45,138 nt of DNA, taken from a virus (taxonomy: Duplodnaviria; Caudoviricetes). The DNA is taken from positions 1-45,138 of IMG/VR virus record IMGVR_UViG_3300032318_001140; one strand, 5' to 3'. The notes beneath the pieces are model-generated. The model was not told where the DNA came from and did not search any database. It worked only from the letters and a program-made list of their open reading frames with translations. Shown here in pieces: positions 17,661-27,576 of the stretch (position 1 is the stretch's first letter; each line of letters begins with the position of its first letter). Position numbers and translations under genes: made by a program.

Positions 17661-18516
17661 TCCAGTACTAATTGAAAATATAGACTTTACGACTGAGTAT
17701 ACTCAGTTAGTAGAGAGCTTTAAAGAAAAGAGCAGTAACTACACTAACTTTACAGATGCAGATCCTTTGATGCACATGCTTGCGATTTGTGCTGGTCTAG
17801 GAACTGATTTAAAATCTTTAGTAAATTTAGGTATACTAGAAAACTTTGTAGATACTGCAAGTGGTCAATGGTTAGATTTAATAGGTGCTAATAAACAAGT
17901 TATCAGACTTTTGCTCCAAGAAGCAGATCCTAATAATAGCCCTCCTACTGCTGCTATTTATGAATCAGATGATGATTACCGCTTAAGAATAAAAAATGCT
18001 CCTCCTAATAATGCTGCTACAGCAGAAGAGTATGAATACTTTGCTACTCAGTTTGATGCAAATATAAGATCCGCTAGAATCGAAAAACTTAACGCTAATT
18101 CTAATTTACTCACTATGTCTATCGTAACTAGAGATAATAACGGAGTTGCTTCTACAGGATTAAAAAACTCTTTGAGTACATATCTTAACAGCAGAGCTAT
18201 AAGAGCTATAAACGATGTAGTAGAAGTCGTAGGAGCTACAGCTTCCACTGTTAACGTAACAGCTACTATAACTTTACTTAAAGGTGCTTCCGCTACTGCA
18301 TTTAATGATCTGCCAGGAATACTAACTACTGCATTTAACGCTATTAATGACATCGGCAGAGACATAACTTTATCTTGGCTAATAAAAACTTTAAGTACTT
18401 CTTCCGTATATAAAGTGCAGTTAGTATCGCCTGCAAGTGACGTAATCGTAGGAGAAACAGGATTTGCTAAGTTAGGAACTATTAACTTAACTTTAGCTCC
18501 GACAAGTGGGTATTAA
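17653..18516 (+). CDS. Baseplate protein J
   Basis: P.LIE.IDF, DP, ASG.WLD.IG, ESDDDYRLRI, YEYFA and RA.ND.V.V motifs. Confidence 0.9.
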   Translation: MADPVLIENIDFTTEYTQLVESFKEKSSNYTNFTDADPLMHMLAICAGLGTDLKSLVNLGILENFVDTASGQWLDLIGANKQVIRLLLQEADPNNSPPTAAIYESDDDYRLRIKNAPPNNAATAEEYEYFATQFDANIRSARIEKLNANSNLLTMSIVTRDNNGVASTGLKNSLSTYLNSRAIRAINDVVEVVGATASTVNVTATITLLKGASATAFNDLPGILTTAFNAINDIGRDITLSWLIKTLSTSSVYKVQLVSPASDVIVGETGFAKLGTINLTLAPTSGY

Positions 18517-18519
18517 TAG

Positions 18520-19365
18520 ATGAGTGAAAGAACTGTAATAGTACCTCCAAACTCTACACAGCTAGAAATTGATCTAGCTAATACTATATATGATTATCTA
18601 AGAGCTAATATAAGTTATATAAGAACCTTAAGAGGTTTTCGCTACGGCAGTATCCCGACTAATCTATTGACCGCAGTTATAGAAGATTTAGGTTTGGGTG
18701 ATTTGACTAAATATATCCAAGACCCTAGACAAGTAATAATAGACGGTCAAAAATGGAGTCTGCATAAAGGCACACCTTTAGCTTTCGACATAGCTATGAC
18801 TTGGCTATTCCGAAATGACTTATTAATAGAGAATAGTGAATCGTGGCACTGGACTAACGTGGAAGTTTATTTACAAACTCCAGTAGAAGACAGAGACGAA
18901 CTAAGAAACATAATTGAATTAACCAGAGCTAGCTTACCTGCCAGAGCTACGTTATCTAGAGTATGGGCAGGCAGTGACATTCCTGCTATGGGGTTAAACA
19001 TCAACTCCGAGCTTAACGGATCTATTTTAAATGTGCCAGGTGGTGTATGGGATGAAGAATTTAAACTATGGTTATTTCTTAACTATGGCAGCTCTACTTT
19101 ATTTATAAGCGACATATACTCTACAGTTGAATCATCCTCTGGTATAGGAGTATCTAAAGAAGTAGGCTTTGATGACGAACTTCTAATGTTCAATGGACTT
19201 AGAAGGCCTATAGGAGAGGTTTCTTCTGGTATAGGGGTAGGTGTTAATACTTATGTCCCTAGACCTGCTGTAACAGTAAGTGATATTCCTAATTTCTCTA
19301 AGGCAGTTAATGTGAGTGACCTTCAGGAGTCCTTCTTGTCGCAGGCTCAACTAGTAACGCCTTAG
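18520..19365 (+). CDS. Baseplate / tail protein I (P2 gpI-like)
   Basis: PPNST.LE.DL, W..HKGTP.A, PARA.L.R; follows J. Confidence 0.78.
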   Translation: MSERTVIVPPNSTQLEIDLANTIYDYLRANISYIRTLRGFRYGSIPTNLLTAVIEDLGLGDLTKYIQDPRQVIIDGQKWSLHKGTPLAFDIAMTWLFRNDLLIENSESWHWTNVEVYLQTPVEDRDELRNIIELTRASLPARATLSRVWAGSDIPAMGLNINSELNGSILNVPGGVWDEEFKLWLFLNYGSSTLFISDIYSTVESSSGIGVSKEVGFDDELLMFNGLRRPIGEVSSGIGVGVNTYVPRPAVTVSDIPNFSKAVNVSDLQESFLSQAQLVTP

Positions 19366-19417
19366 CATTAGATTCGTGTAGTATAATTACGATAGACATA
19401 TTGTCTGTAATAAATCC

Positions 19418-20350
19418 GTGCCTAATCAAAGAATAGTTAACTCAGCCAAAATAATCCAAGCTCAAGCCCTTAAAGAAAAAGGCTCAAGTGTTTATCTAGC
19501 GATCGGTAGTGGTTCTTCTTCTTGGGATACAGAGATTCAGGTTAACAAGACTTTTGTAGCAGACCAATTCACTTTACTTCCTACTAACGCATACGCAGAT
19601 CAAGTTAAACTTTATTTATTAAATACTCTAGCAACACAGTATGTTAGCGGTATAGATTTTTTATTCGACACTGAGACTGGTATCTGTACTAGAGTTGTGG
19701 GTGGAGCTATAGCAGCTAACGCCACTGTAACTGTAGTTTATAAAGCTATAGGCTTAGTTACAGCAGTACAAACTGCACTAGTAAATGAGGTAGGTAGACG
19801 TAGAGCTTCTTTATCCTACGCAGTGATAGATAATGTTAATGGGTCGTACCTAATTAACGGAACTAAATATTCTATATCTGGAACTCCTACTGAATTTTTA
19901 ATTGCGACTGTAACTTTCCCTGAAGGTGAGCTTACAGGAACTCCTATAAGAGAATCTGGATTATTCTTCTCTGTAGTACCTGATCTGACTTCTTACACAG
20001 TTACTAGGACATTTAGTACTAGCAAGATAGTCATTGATACGGATATTCAAAATGGTTATAAAACTGCGAATAATGTTGTGGTCAAATCACAGAATTTAGT
20101 TACTACTTATGTAGCAGGAACCGATTATATTTTAGATGCAGAAACTTCAGAAGTTTGGAGATTACCTACAGGAGCTATAACAGGCGGACAGATAGTTTCT
20201 GTTACCTATGAGAAAATAGCTTCTGAGCTTTTACTTCCTGCTGATATAACAAATATAGGTACACTGTATTTAGCTAAGACTGCTCCTACTATAAACAAGT
20301 TAGCAGAAGCATTTTACACAGACACATTCCTGATTCAGCTAACTAGATAA
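19418..20350 (+). CDS. Tail collar / baseplate-associated protein
   Basis: YLAIGSG...W, LVNEVGRR and IRESGLF motifs; two TDY-type inserts; GTATAAT at 19381-19387 upstream. Confidence 0.65.
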   Translation: MPNQRIVNSAKIIQAQALKEKGSSVYLAIGSGSSSWDTEIQVNKTFVADQFTLLPTNAYADQVKLYLLNTLATQYVSGIDFLFDTETGICTRVVGGAIAANATVTVVYKAIGLVTAVQTALVNEVGRRRASLSYAVIDNVNGSYLINGTKYSISGTPTEFLIATVTFPEGELTGTPIRESGLFFSVVPDLTSYTVTRTFSTSKIVIDTDIQNGYKTANNVVVKSQNLVTTYVAGTDYILDAETSEVWRLPTGAITGGQIVSVTYEKIASELLLPADITNIGTLYLAKTAPTINKLAEAFYTDTFLIQLTR

Positions 20351-20354
20351 CCAC

Positions 20355-22664
20355 ATGGTAAACTTCCCTCAAAATTATCAAAACTTATTCGATCCTGATA
20401 AGGATTATACTAAGCATTTACATTACCCTAAAAAGCTTTTAACTGCTGCTGAAGCTAATGAACTACAGGATACCATTGATTATAAACGTCAAAAACTAGC
20501 AGACATCCTCCTACATGAAGGAGATATAGTTTCTGGCGGATCTCCTGTTGTTAAAGCTGGGGGAGAGGTAATAATTCCTGCTGGAGCTGTTTATGTAAAT
20601 AAAGACATTAGAAAATATGCTCAACAAACCTTTACTATTCCTACAAACGTAAAACTTAAACTTGGAGTATTCTTAACTCAAGAAATTATAACATCTGTAG
20701 AAGACCCAGATTTACTAGATCCCTCTGGCAGTATCGCTCCTGGAGTAACTTACGCATCTTCTAATCTAGAAACTTCCCAAAGACTTAAAGAGTCTGTTAA
20801 CTGGGGTTACGTAACTGCTGCTGGTACACGTTCTCAAGCAGGTGGTATATTCTACCCTTCTGTAGATGTGGATAACGGTGTGTTAATTATAGTAGGTACT
20901 GTTCCAGTACTTGCTGAAGTAGAAAATTTAGTAGTTAATTATAACAACAATGTTAATGGTTCTTATGTCATTGATGGTGTAGGCATTAGCTTTGACTACG
21001 ATGATACCGAAGATGGCGAGTATGTGTACAGTGTCGAGCCAGGTTTAGTAGCAGTTCTAGGTCGTCAAATATCTAGATCTACCTCTCAGAGAATAGAGTT
21101 TGCCAAAGATCCTGACACACAAGCTGTTACCTCAGATCCAGATACTATTAGCACTGGAGCTAGGACTTTTACTGCAACTATCACTAAAGGTGCTGCTAAT
21201 GGGGTCGATGCTCTTCCTAGACCAAATGTTTTATCTATAGTTTCTGTTAAGCAAGGCGGTACTACTTATACCGTAACTACTGATTATACTTTATCAGGTA
21301 ATAATATTTCTTGGGCTGCTGGTGGAGCTGAGCCTACTACAGGATCTACATATACTGTAGAGTTTACTTTTACAGGAGCTATTATCACAGTAGATAGAGG
21401 GCCTATTAACGCTGTTTCTGGAGTTACTGCTCAGTTAAGAGTAACTAAAACTTTAACTAGAGGTATCACTGCAAACGGAGCAGATAACTTGCCTGCTGGA
21501 TTTATCCCTGCTGTTCAAATTATAAGTATCGCTGGATACACACAAGGTACTGATTACACACTCGTAGGAAGTACTGTAAGCTGGGCTCCTGGTGGATCTG
21601 AGCCTATCGCAGGTGCTACCTATGATGTAGTTTACACATACAATAAATCCATACTGCCTGATGCAGGATCTATAGGGTATGGCACCTTTACTATATCTAA
21701 CCAAGGAGCTGACGGAACTATCGAAAACGGTACTGTCTGTAACACTAACTATACCTATAATTTAAAAAGAGTAGATCTATTAGAGATCACTGAAAAAGGA
21801 GTTATTCGTAGAGTCAAAGGCAGAGCTGACTACGTTAGTCCTAACGAACCTACAGAATCTTCGGATGCTTTAGGTTTAGCTGCTGTATATCTAGACTTCT
21901 TTAATGCCCCAGTAGTTAGACGTGTAGGCAACATACGAGTTAACCAAAAAGAGCAAACTAAACTTAAAGGAAGCATAGCTTACCTAAATGAGGTTGTTGC
22001 GGATTTAGCTCTACAAGTGGATTCTATCAAAACTAGTGCTAGACTTTCCACTACTCCCCCTAAAGGAATATTCACAGATAAATTCTTTGACACAGATAAA
22101 CAAGATCCTGGTAAGAGTAATACTCTAAGCACGTTTAATGGCTTAGTATTTTTGCCTATGACTTTAACTAAAGATACTTTAGATAATGCAAATAACTTAA
22201 CTGCCCAGACCTTAAGCTTCACAGAGGAAGAGATAGTGGTTCAGAGTAAGTACTCTGCTGCTATGAAGATCAACCCTTTTGCTACATACACCCCTCCTCA
22301 ACCTGCGGTGTTAGATATTAAATTATCCCAAGAGATTAAGGATTACATTGACGCGCTCATGGTAGGCACTACTAACCCAGACCCAGGGGCTTGGATACCT
22401 TCACCAGACACCCCTGCTGTGGATCCTGATACTGGGACTCCTAAGCCTGCTGCTGCTGGACTAAATTATGCCCAAACCCTAGCTGCTCTATTGGCTGCAA
22501 AAGGTAAAACAGAACTTACACCTAAAGGGCAAGCAAACTTGTTGAGTGCCTTCGCTAAAGCAGAGTCTTCTGGAGTTACCTTAACTAGCGTTACTATAGG
22601 CAGACACACAGGAAGTATTCCTCCTAGCGGTACTGTAGTTCAGGTTACTAAGAAAAAAGGATAA
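20355..22664 (+). CDS. DUF4815-like baseplate / tail protein, N-terminal part (769 aa)
   Basis: Y.N.FDP.K.Y, L.AAE.NELQD, KGIF.D.F.D and INPF motifs. Confidence 0.7.
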   Translation: MVNFPQNYQNLFDPDKDYTKHLHYPKKLLTAAEANELQDTIDYKRQKLADILLHEGDIVSGGSPVVKAGGEVIIPAGAVYVNKDIRKYAQQTFTIPTNVKLKLGVFLTQEIITSVEDPDLLDPSGSIAPGVTYASSNLETSQRLKESVNWGYVTAAGTRSQAGGIFYPSVDVDNGVLIIVGTVPVLAEVENLVVNYNNNVNGSYVIDGVGISFDYDDTEDGEYVYSVEPGLVAVLGRQISRSTSQRIEFAKDPDTQAVTSDPDTISTGARTFTATITKGAANGVDALPRPNVLSIVSVKQGGTTYTVTTDYTLSGNNISWAAGGAEPTTGSTYTVEFTFTGAIITVDRGPINAVSGVTAQLRVTKTLTRGITANGADNLPAGFIPAVQIISIAGYTQGTDYTLVGSTVSWAPGGSEPIAGATYDVVYTYNKSILPDAGSIGYGTFTISNQGADGTIENGTVCNTNYTYNLKRVDLLEITEKGVIRRVKGRADYVSPNEPTESSDALGLAAVYLDFFNAPVVRRVGNIRVNQKEQTKLKGSIAYLNEVVADLALQVDSIKTSARLSTTPPKGIFTDKFFDTDKQDPGKSNTLSTFNGLVFLPMTLTKDTLDNANNLTAQTLSFTEEEIVVQSKYSAAMKINPFATYTPPQPAVLDIKLSQEIKDYIDALMVGTTNPDPGAWIPSPDTPAVDPDTGTPKPAAAGLNYAQTLAALLAAKGKTELTPKGQANLLSAFAKAESSGVTLTSVTIGRHTGSIPPSGTVVQVTKKKG

Positions 22665-22670
22665 TATATT

Positions 22671-23897
22671 ATGGCTATTACTTCAGATGTAAACGGAGAC
22701 TTAAATTTCACATTAGACATACCAGACGGTACTTTAGCTGCTGGTATCCATGACGTAGTTATAAATTTATCTAATGGTAAAACATACACTACAAAATATG
22801 TAAACAAACCTAACTTAACTCCTGCGGAGATAAGATCTATATACGCTACCGCTGGAACTGATTTATTTGCTCCTATAGCTCAGACTTTTACTCTCAGCGA
22901 AAATAGAGACTTAACTGCGATAAGCTTAAACATTAATAAATTCTCAGGAACAGATGACGTAATAGTCCAAGTCAGAGAAGTTAATGCTGGTAGCTTACCT
23001 AGCGACAAAGTACTTTCCGAGTCTAGGGTTTTAGCTGCTAGTATACAAGCTTTTGGAACCTTTACTAAGTTCACCTTATCCCCTGTTACTCCTTTACTGG
23101 CAGGTAGAGAGTACTGCTTTGTGGTACTAACTAAAGATATAAATTACGCTATTGGGGTAGCTGAATTAGGTAAGCCTGATTCTGTGTCTGGTGAGCTTAT
23201 AGCTAGTCAGCCTAATACTGGAGTTTTACTAACCTCTTCTAATGGCTCCGCTTGGACTGCTGAACAAAATAAAGATTTACAGTTTAAGCTACACGCTGCA
23301 AACTATACCTCTACTACTAGAACAGTGAGCTTAGGAACTGTTACAGGCACTAACATTTCAGACATACTAGTTATGGCTACTGAAGAGTTACCTGATCCTG
23401 ACACATCTATAAACTATACAGTTACTTTACCAGATGCTTCTACTGCTGTGCTAGATAATTTAACAGCAACAAATTTACAAGGGTATAAAACTGGTAATTT
23501 TTCTGTAGTTGCTAACTTAAAAGGAACCTCTAAAAGATCCCCTATATTATTCCCTAACACTAGATTAGAGATGGGAACTATTGCTTTAGCTGGTAACAGA
23601 TATAGTTTGAGATTCTTTGTACCTGACAGTTTTACTTACAGAGTTAAACTGGAAGCTAAAATAGTTGGTAGTGGGTCTTTCACTGTAGCTGTAGAGTCTG
23701 GCACTGCTAATACTTATTTGGCAATGACACAAATAAGCTCTACTCCTTTAGCTGACGGATTCCTTGAGTTAGTTTATGAAAAAACTTCCTGCACGGAGGT
23801 TGACTCATTAAACTTATCTTCTATAAGATTAGCTGGAACTTTACCTACTGCTGCGGATAGAATTTATCTGAGAAACTTAAGGGGGTGGTCTGTTTAA
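22671..23897 (+). CDS. DUF4815-associated tail protein, C-terminal part (408 aa)
   Basis: PIAQTF, P.D.VL.E and GVLLTSSNGSAWTAEQNKDLQF motifs. Confidence 0.65.
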   Translation: MAITSDVNGDLNFTLDIPDGTLAAGIHDVVINLSNGKTYTTKYVNKPNLTPAEIRSIYATAGTDLFAPIAQTFTLSENRDLTAISLNINKFSGTDDVIVQVREVNAGSLPSDKVLSESRVLAASIQAFGTFTKFTLSPVTPLLAGREYCFVVLTKDINYAIGVAELGKPDSVSGELIASQPNTGVLLTSSNGSAWTAEQNKDLQFKLHAANYTSTTRTVSLGTVTGTNISDILVMATEELPDPDTSINYTVTLPDASTAVLDNLTATNLQGYKTGNFSVVANLKGTSKRSPILFPNTRLEMGTIALAGNRYSLRFFVPDSFTYRVKLEAKIVGSGSFTVAVESGTANTYLAMTQISSTPLADGFLELVYEKTSCTEVDSLNLSSIRLAGTLPTAADRIYLRNLRGWSV

Positions 23898-23900
23898 CCT

Positions 23901-24329
23901 ATGGCTAGAACCATAATTGTCGGCAACACTAAGCATAGTCTTGACGAAACAACTAATTTCAGTTTTCCTGTCCCTAACGAAAATATACCAGGAAGTATAT
24001 TAATAGAAGGGTTAGATCAAGCTATCACCGAAATAGATACTGCTTTAGATACTGTTAGGGATAGTGCAGTTGCTTCAGCTAGTAGCATAACTACACTCAC
24101 CAACACCAAAAAGAATATTAGGCCTATGCCTACTACAGCTACGATCACTAGAGATGGGAACGGCAATATCACTTTATACCAAACCGCAGAGGAGACTTTA
24201 AATAATTTTGTCTACACATTAGATGTTTTAAATAGCTATAGATCTACTGTCAACGGAGTTACTTATCAAGTTACTTTAACTAGAGATGGTAATGATGATA
24301 TTACAGCTATCGGAGTAACTACATTGTAG
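23901..24329 (+). CDS. Putative tail-associated protein (142 aa)
   Basis: Helical segment, then two T.TRDGN..IT repeats. Confidence 0.6.
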   Translation: MARTIIVGNTKHSLDETTNFSFPVPNENIPGSILIEGLDQAITEIDTALDTVRDSAVASASSITTLTNTKKNIRPMPTTATITRDGNGNITLYQTAEETLNNFVYTLDVLNSYRSTVNGVTYQVTLTRDGNDDITAIGVTTL

Positions 24330-24343
24330 GTACACTTTGTATA

Positions 24344-24724
24344 GTGGGAATCATCAGTCTAAACATTACGGAAGATACTGCAAAGATATTATCTGACATA
24401 TTACTTATTTTTGTGGGTAACTGGATACCTGTAGTAATATTTACTCTTTGTTTATCCTTTATAGCAGTTTTAGTTTTTCTCTGCACAACTCAATTACCTA
24501 GACTTTTTTCATCTGTGGTAGCTTTCATAGATACTGCTACGGTAAGTTTTCCAGTAATAACTAAAAGCATTAACGATCTTACTCTCAATGTCGAGAAGAT
24601 GAATACTGCCCTCACCCCTCTACTAAACATACACTCCAGAATGGATACCCTGAGAACTTTCATAGGGGAGGAGTTTGATACTGTTAAGCACAATATTGAA
24701 AGATTAGGACGTAGACTTCCATAA
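24344..24724 (+). CDS. Membrane protein, possible holin
   Basis: Long N-terminal hydrophobic stretch and amphipathic C-terminus; GTG 7 nt after TACACT 24331-24336. Holin role is inference. Confidence 0.5.
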   Translation: MGIISLNITEDTAKILSDILLIFVGNWIPVVIFTLCLSFIAVLVFLCTTQLPRLFSSVVAFIDTATVSFPVITKSINDLTLNVEKMNTALTPLLNIHSRMDTLRTFIGEEFDTVKHNIERLGRRLP

Positions 24725-24782
24725 AGCGACTCGAAGTACACTCTTAATATATGACCTTGTGTCATTAGGAGTTTTTCACGAG

Positions 24783-26399
24783 ATGCCTTTTCACCACGGA
24801 AACAAATACACAACCGAAGTTCTGGCTAGACCAGCTACAAATGTTAGCAGCACTGCGATAGTTCTTTTAGGAACAGCAGGTAAAGGGCCGAACGTACCTA
24901 CTTTATGTAATTCTATAGACGAAGTTATCAGACAATTTGGAGCTGTGACTAACGATGAGTTCACCATTCCTAAAGATGCTGCTGATATATTTATCCAGTC
25001 GACAGTTCCTTTAATAGTAATAAATGTTTTGCCTAGTGCTACTGTTGCTTCTGTAACAAGTGAGAGTGTAGTTTTCGGAGCTAATGGAAAAGCTAAATTA
25101 GCTAACGGATATGTTTCTGCACTAACTACAACTACTGCAATCACAACTAAACTAAGATTTTCTTCAAACAACACTATAACTTTACCTGTAGGTATCACTG
25201 CGGTAACTTCAGTTAAGTCTGCTGACGGAGTAACTACTTACAGTAACTCTACAGACTATAACGTCTCCTCTAATGTCATAACTAACTTGCTAGCTACTAT
25301 CCCTGCTGGGGCAGAAGTTCTTATAGCTTATACAGCTACTTTAGCCGCTAATACAGACTATACATTAGTTGCTGAAACTGGAGTTCTAACTAGAACTGCT
25401 GCAAGTAAAATAGCTCCTAGAGCTACTATAGTTGCTTCTTACTCTAAAGTAAGCGGTGCTGCTATAACTGGCACTAATGTAATCGGGACAAACTCAGGCG
25501 GAACTAAGACTGGTGCTGAGCAAATAGCAGATATTACGTCTACTTTAAAAATAGATTTAGGTAACGCTATACTAATAGCCCCAGATTGGACTTACACTAT
25601 TCCAGCAGGAAATGGATTTAATGCAGTTGTTAATAAACTTTTAACATTAGCTAATACTTGCGGTACTACTGTAGTAACAGACACCCCTAACACTACTAAA
25701 GAAGATGCAGTATCTTATGCTTACAATAACCCTTCAGATAGAGTCCTAGCTGTAGGTTTAGGCTTCATTAAAAAAACTATAAATGGTCAATTATTAACTA
25801 GACCTTCAGCAGCTTCCGTTGCAGGGTTAATAGCTAGTACAGACAACTTAGTAGGCGGTGTAACTCTATCTCCTTCTAACAGACTTATCAAAGGTATTGA
25901 ATCTTTAGCTAAGCCAGCTAGCTTCAACCTAGCAATCTTCTCTGAAGAAGGTGTAGCCTCTGATACTAACTATCTAAACGAAAACGGTGTAGCGACTATT
26001 ATAAATAATAACGGCTTCAGACTTTTCGGTAACTATTCTACTTCCCAAACACAAGATCAATCAAGATTCTACTGTGTTAAGAGAGGTATAGACTATCTAG
26101 GAAGAATAATCTCTAAAGGATCTATTCAGTTTATAGACGCAAAAATAACTGCTGGTTATATTGATTTAGTTACAGAGTATCTAAACGATCAGTTACTAAC
26201 TTTAAAAGGACAAGAGGTTATTTTAAATGGTGAGGCGTGGCCTGCTAGTGCAGACATAAACACACCTGCTGAATTACTTGCTGGTAATGTTTACTTCAAC
26301 ATTGCGGTTAGCTTCCCAAGCCCAGCACAAACAATCAATATTTTAACTAAAGTAACAAACGGATACGTTACTGAATTTACGGAGGCTGCGGTAATATAA
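24783..26399 (+). CDS. Contractile tail sheath protein (P2 FI-like)
   Basis: Starts MPFHHG (AGGAG 24767-24771); ILIAP, SPSNR, NYLNENGVATII..GFRLFGN, N.P.EL..G motifs. Confidence 0.93.
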   Translation: MPFHHGNKYTTEVLARPATNVSSTAIVLLGTAGKGPNVPTLCNSIDEVIRQFGAVTNDEFTIPKDAADIFIQSTVPLIVINVLPSATVASVTSESVVFGANGKAKLANGYVSALTTTTAITTKLRFSSNNTITLPVGITAVTSVKSADGVTTYSNSTDYNVSSNVITNLLATIPAGAEVLIAYTATLAANTDYTLVAETGVLTRTAASKIAPRATIVASYSKVSGAAITGTNVIGTNSGGTKTGAEQIADITSTLKIDLGNAILIAPDWTYTIPAGNGFNAVVNKLLTLANTCGTTVVTDTPNTTKEDAVSYAYNNPSDRVLAVGLGFIKKTINGQLLTRPSAASVAGLIASTDNLVGGVTLSPSNRLIKGIESLAKPASFNLAIFSEEGVASDTNYLNENGVATIINNNGFRLFGNYSTSQTQDQSRFYCVKRGIDYLGRIISKGSIQFIDAKITAGYIDLVTEYLNDQLLTLKGQEVILNGEAWPASADINTPAELLAGNVYFNIAVSFPSPAQTINILTKVTNGYVTEFTEAAVI

Positions 26400-26400
26400 T

Positions 26401-26925
26401 ATGGTTCAAGGTTCAAGAATTTGCAGAAACTTCACTCTTAGCGTAAATCTCCAAGATTTAACAGGTAAAGCTAAGAGTGTTATGAGACCTAATGTCAGCA
26501 ACGAAGTCGAAAGCTATCGTCCTGCTGGTTTTAGTGCCCCAGTCCCAGTCAAGACTGGTTTAAAGGCTATAGAGATGGAGTTTACTCTATTCGACATTAA
26601 CCCAGATATTCTTTCACTTACTGGTTTAAACCAAGGTCAAAACGTAAGATTTATTCTAAGAGAAGTAGTCCAATCGGAAGATGGTTCAGAGCATACATGG
26701 TATCACACTGGTGCTGGCATGGTTACTGAAGAAGATAAAGGAACTGCTGAAAATGGTGCTGGTCTAGGCGAGTACAAGTTTAAATTACAGTTAAGACAGT
26801 ACAAAGAAATGTTTGATGGTAGAGTGCTTAAAGATATAGACATCCCTAACCTTAAAGAAGTTATTGGCGGATTAGATCAAGCAGTTAATTACAGACGTAT
26901 CCTTGGTATCGGAACCTCTCTCTAA
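26401..26925 (+). CDS. Major tail tube protein (P2 FII-like)
   Basis: 174 aa after the sheath; YR.AG...PV, IDI.N....GG.D...YRRILG. Confidence 0.9.
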   Translation: MVQGSRICRNFTLSVNLQDLTGKAKSVMRPNVSNEVESYRPAGFSAPVPVKTGLKAIEMEFTLFDINPDILSLTGLNQGQNVRFILREVVQSEDGSEHTWYHTGAGMVTEEDKGTAENGAGLGEYKFKLQLRQYKEMFDGRVLKDIDIPNLKEVIGGLDQAVNYRRILGIGTSL

Positions 26926-26950
26926 GGACGTAGTATAATTACGGTCAGAT

Positions 26951-27379
26951 ATGACCGATACTCCAAACAAACCACTTAATAAAGAAGAAGCTCAAAAATT
27001 AAAAGCAGATCTTGATGATAGTATAGCATTACTTCTAGGTAATACTGATATAGATGTTGAGAAAAAAGTTAAACTGGCTCAACCTATTTTAGTTCAGACT
27101 TTAGAGTGTAAAGAACTTATAGTTAGGCAATTAACACTTGCTCAGAAAGTTACTTTAGCTAAAGCTGGGGTTAAGTTAGATCCTGACAAAGATGGGGTAT
27201 CAGATAGCTATTTAAGCTGGCCTGATACTAAACCAGATAAATTTTTAGAGTTGATGGCAGCTTGTACTTACAGTGCTGATAATACTGACGTACAGTTAAG
27301 TAAAACTGAATTAGGTTTTCTCTGCTCCTATGATGCAGCGAAGTTAGCTACCGCTTTTTTTTCCTTGACTATCCAGTAA
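26951..27379 (+). CDS. Tail assembly chaperone (gpE-like)
   Basis: Between tube and tape measure; ends in a T8 slippery run. Confidence 0.8.
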   Translation: MTDTPNKPLNKEEAQKLKADLDDSIALLLGNTDIDVEKKVKLAQPILVQTLECKELIVRQLTLAQKVTLAKAGVKLDPDKDGVSDSYLSWPDTKPDKFLELMAACTYSADNTDVQLSKTELGFLCSYDAAKLATAFFSLTIQ

Positions 27380-27576
27380 AGGATAGTGAAACTTGGACTA
27401 ATATTTTTGATAACGTAGCATACCTTTCTAGGACTATGCACTGGGACTACAATACTTGTATGGGCTTTACTATTGGTGAGCTTAATTTTTGGTGTAATAC
27501 TGCAAGTAGAGCTATTACTAGAGAGAATGAAATAGTAGAGTACGAAATGAATAAATCTAGGAATAATAGTAATTGA
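27355..27576 (+). CDS. -1 frameshift extension of the tail chaperone (gpE+E'-like)
   Basis: T8 at 27355-27362. The -1 frame is open to TGA 27574-27576 and encodes ...NVAYLSRTMHWDYNTCMGFTIGELNFWCNTA..., matching the gpE' HW...EL..W pattern. Confidence 0.85.
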   Translation, partial: FFFLDYPVKDSETWTNIFDNVAYLSRTMHWDYNTCMGFTIGELNFWCNTASRAITRENEIVEYEMNKSRNNSN

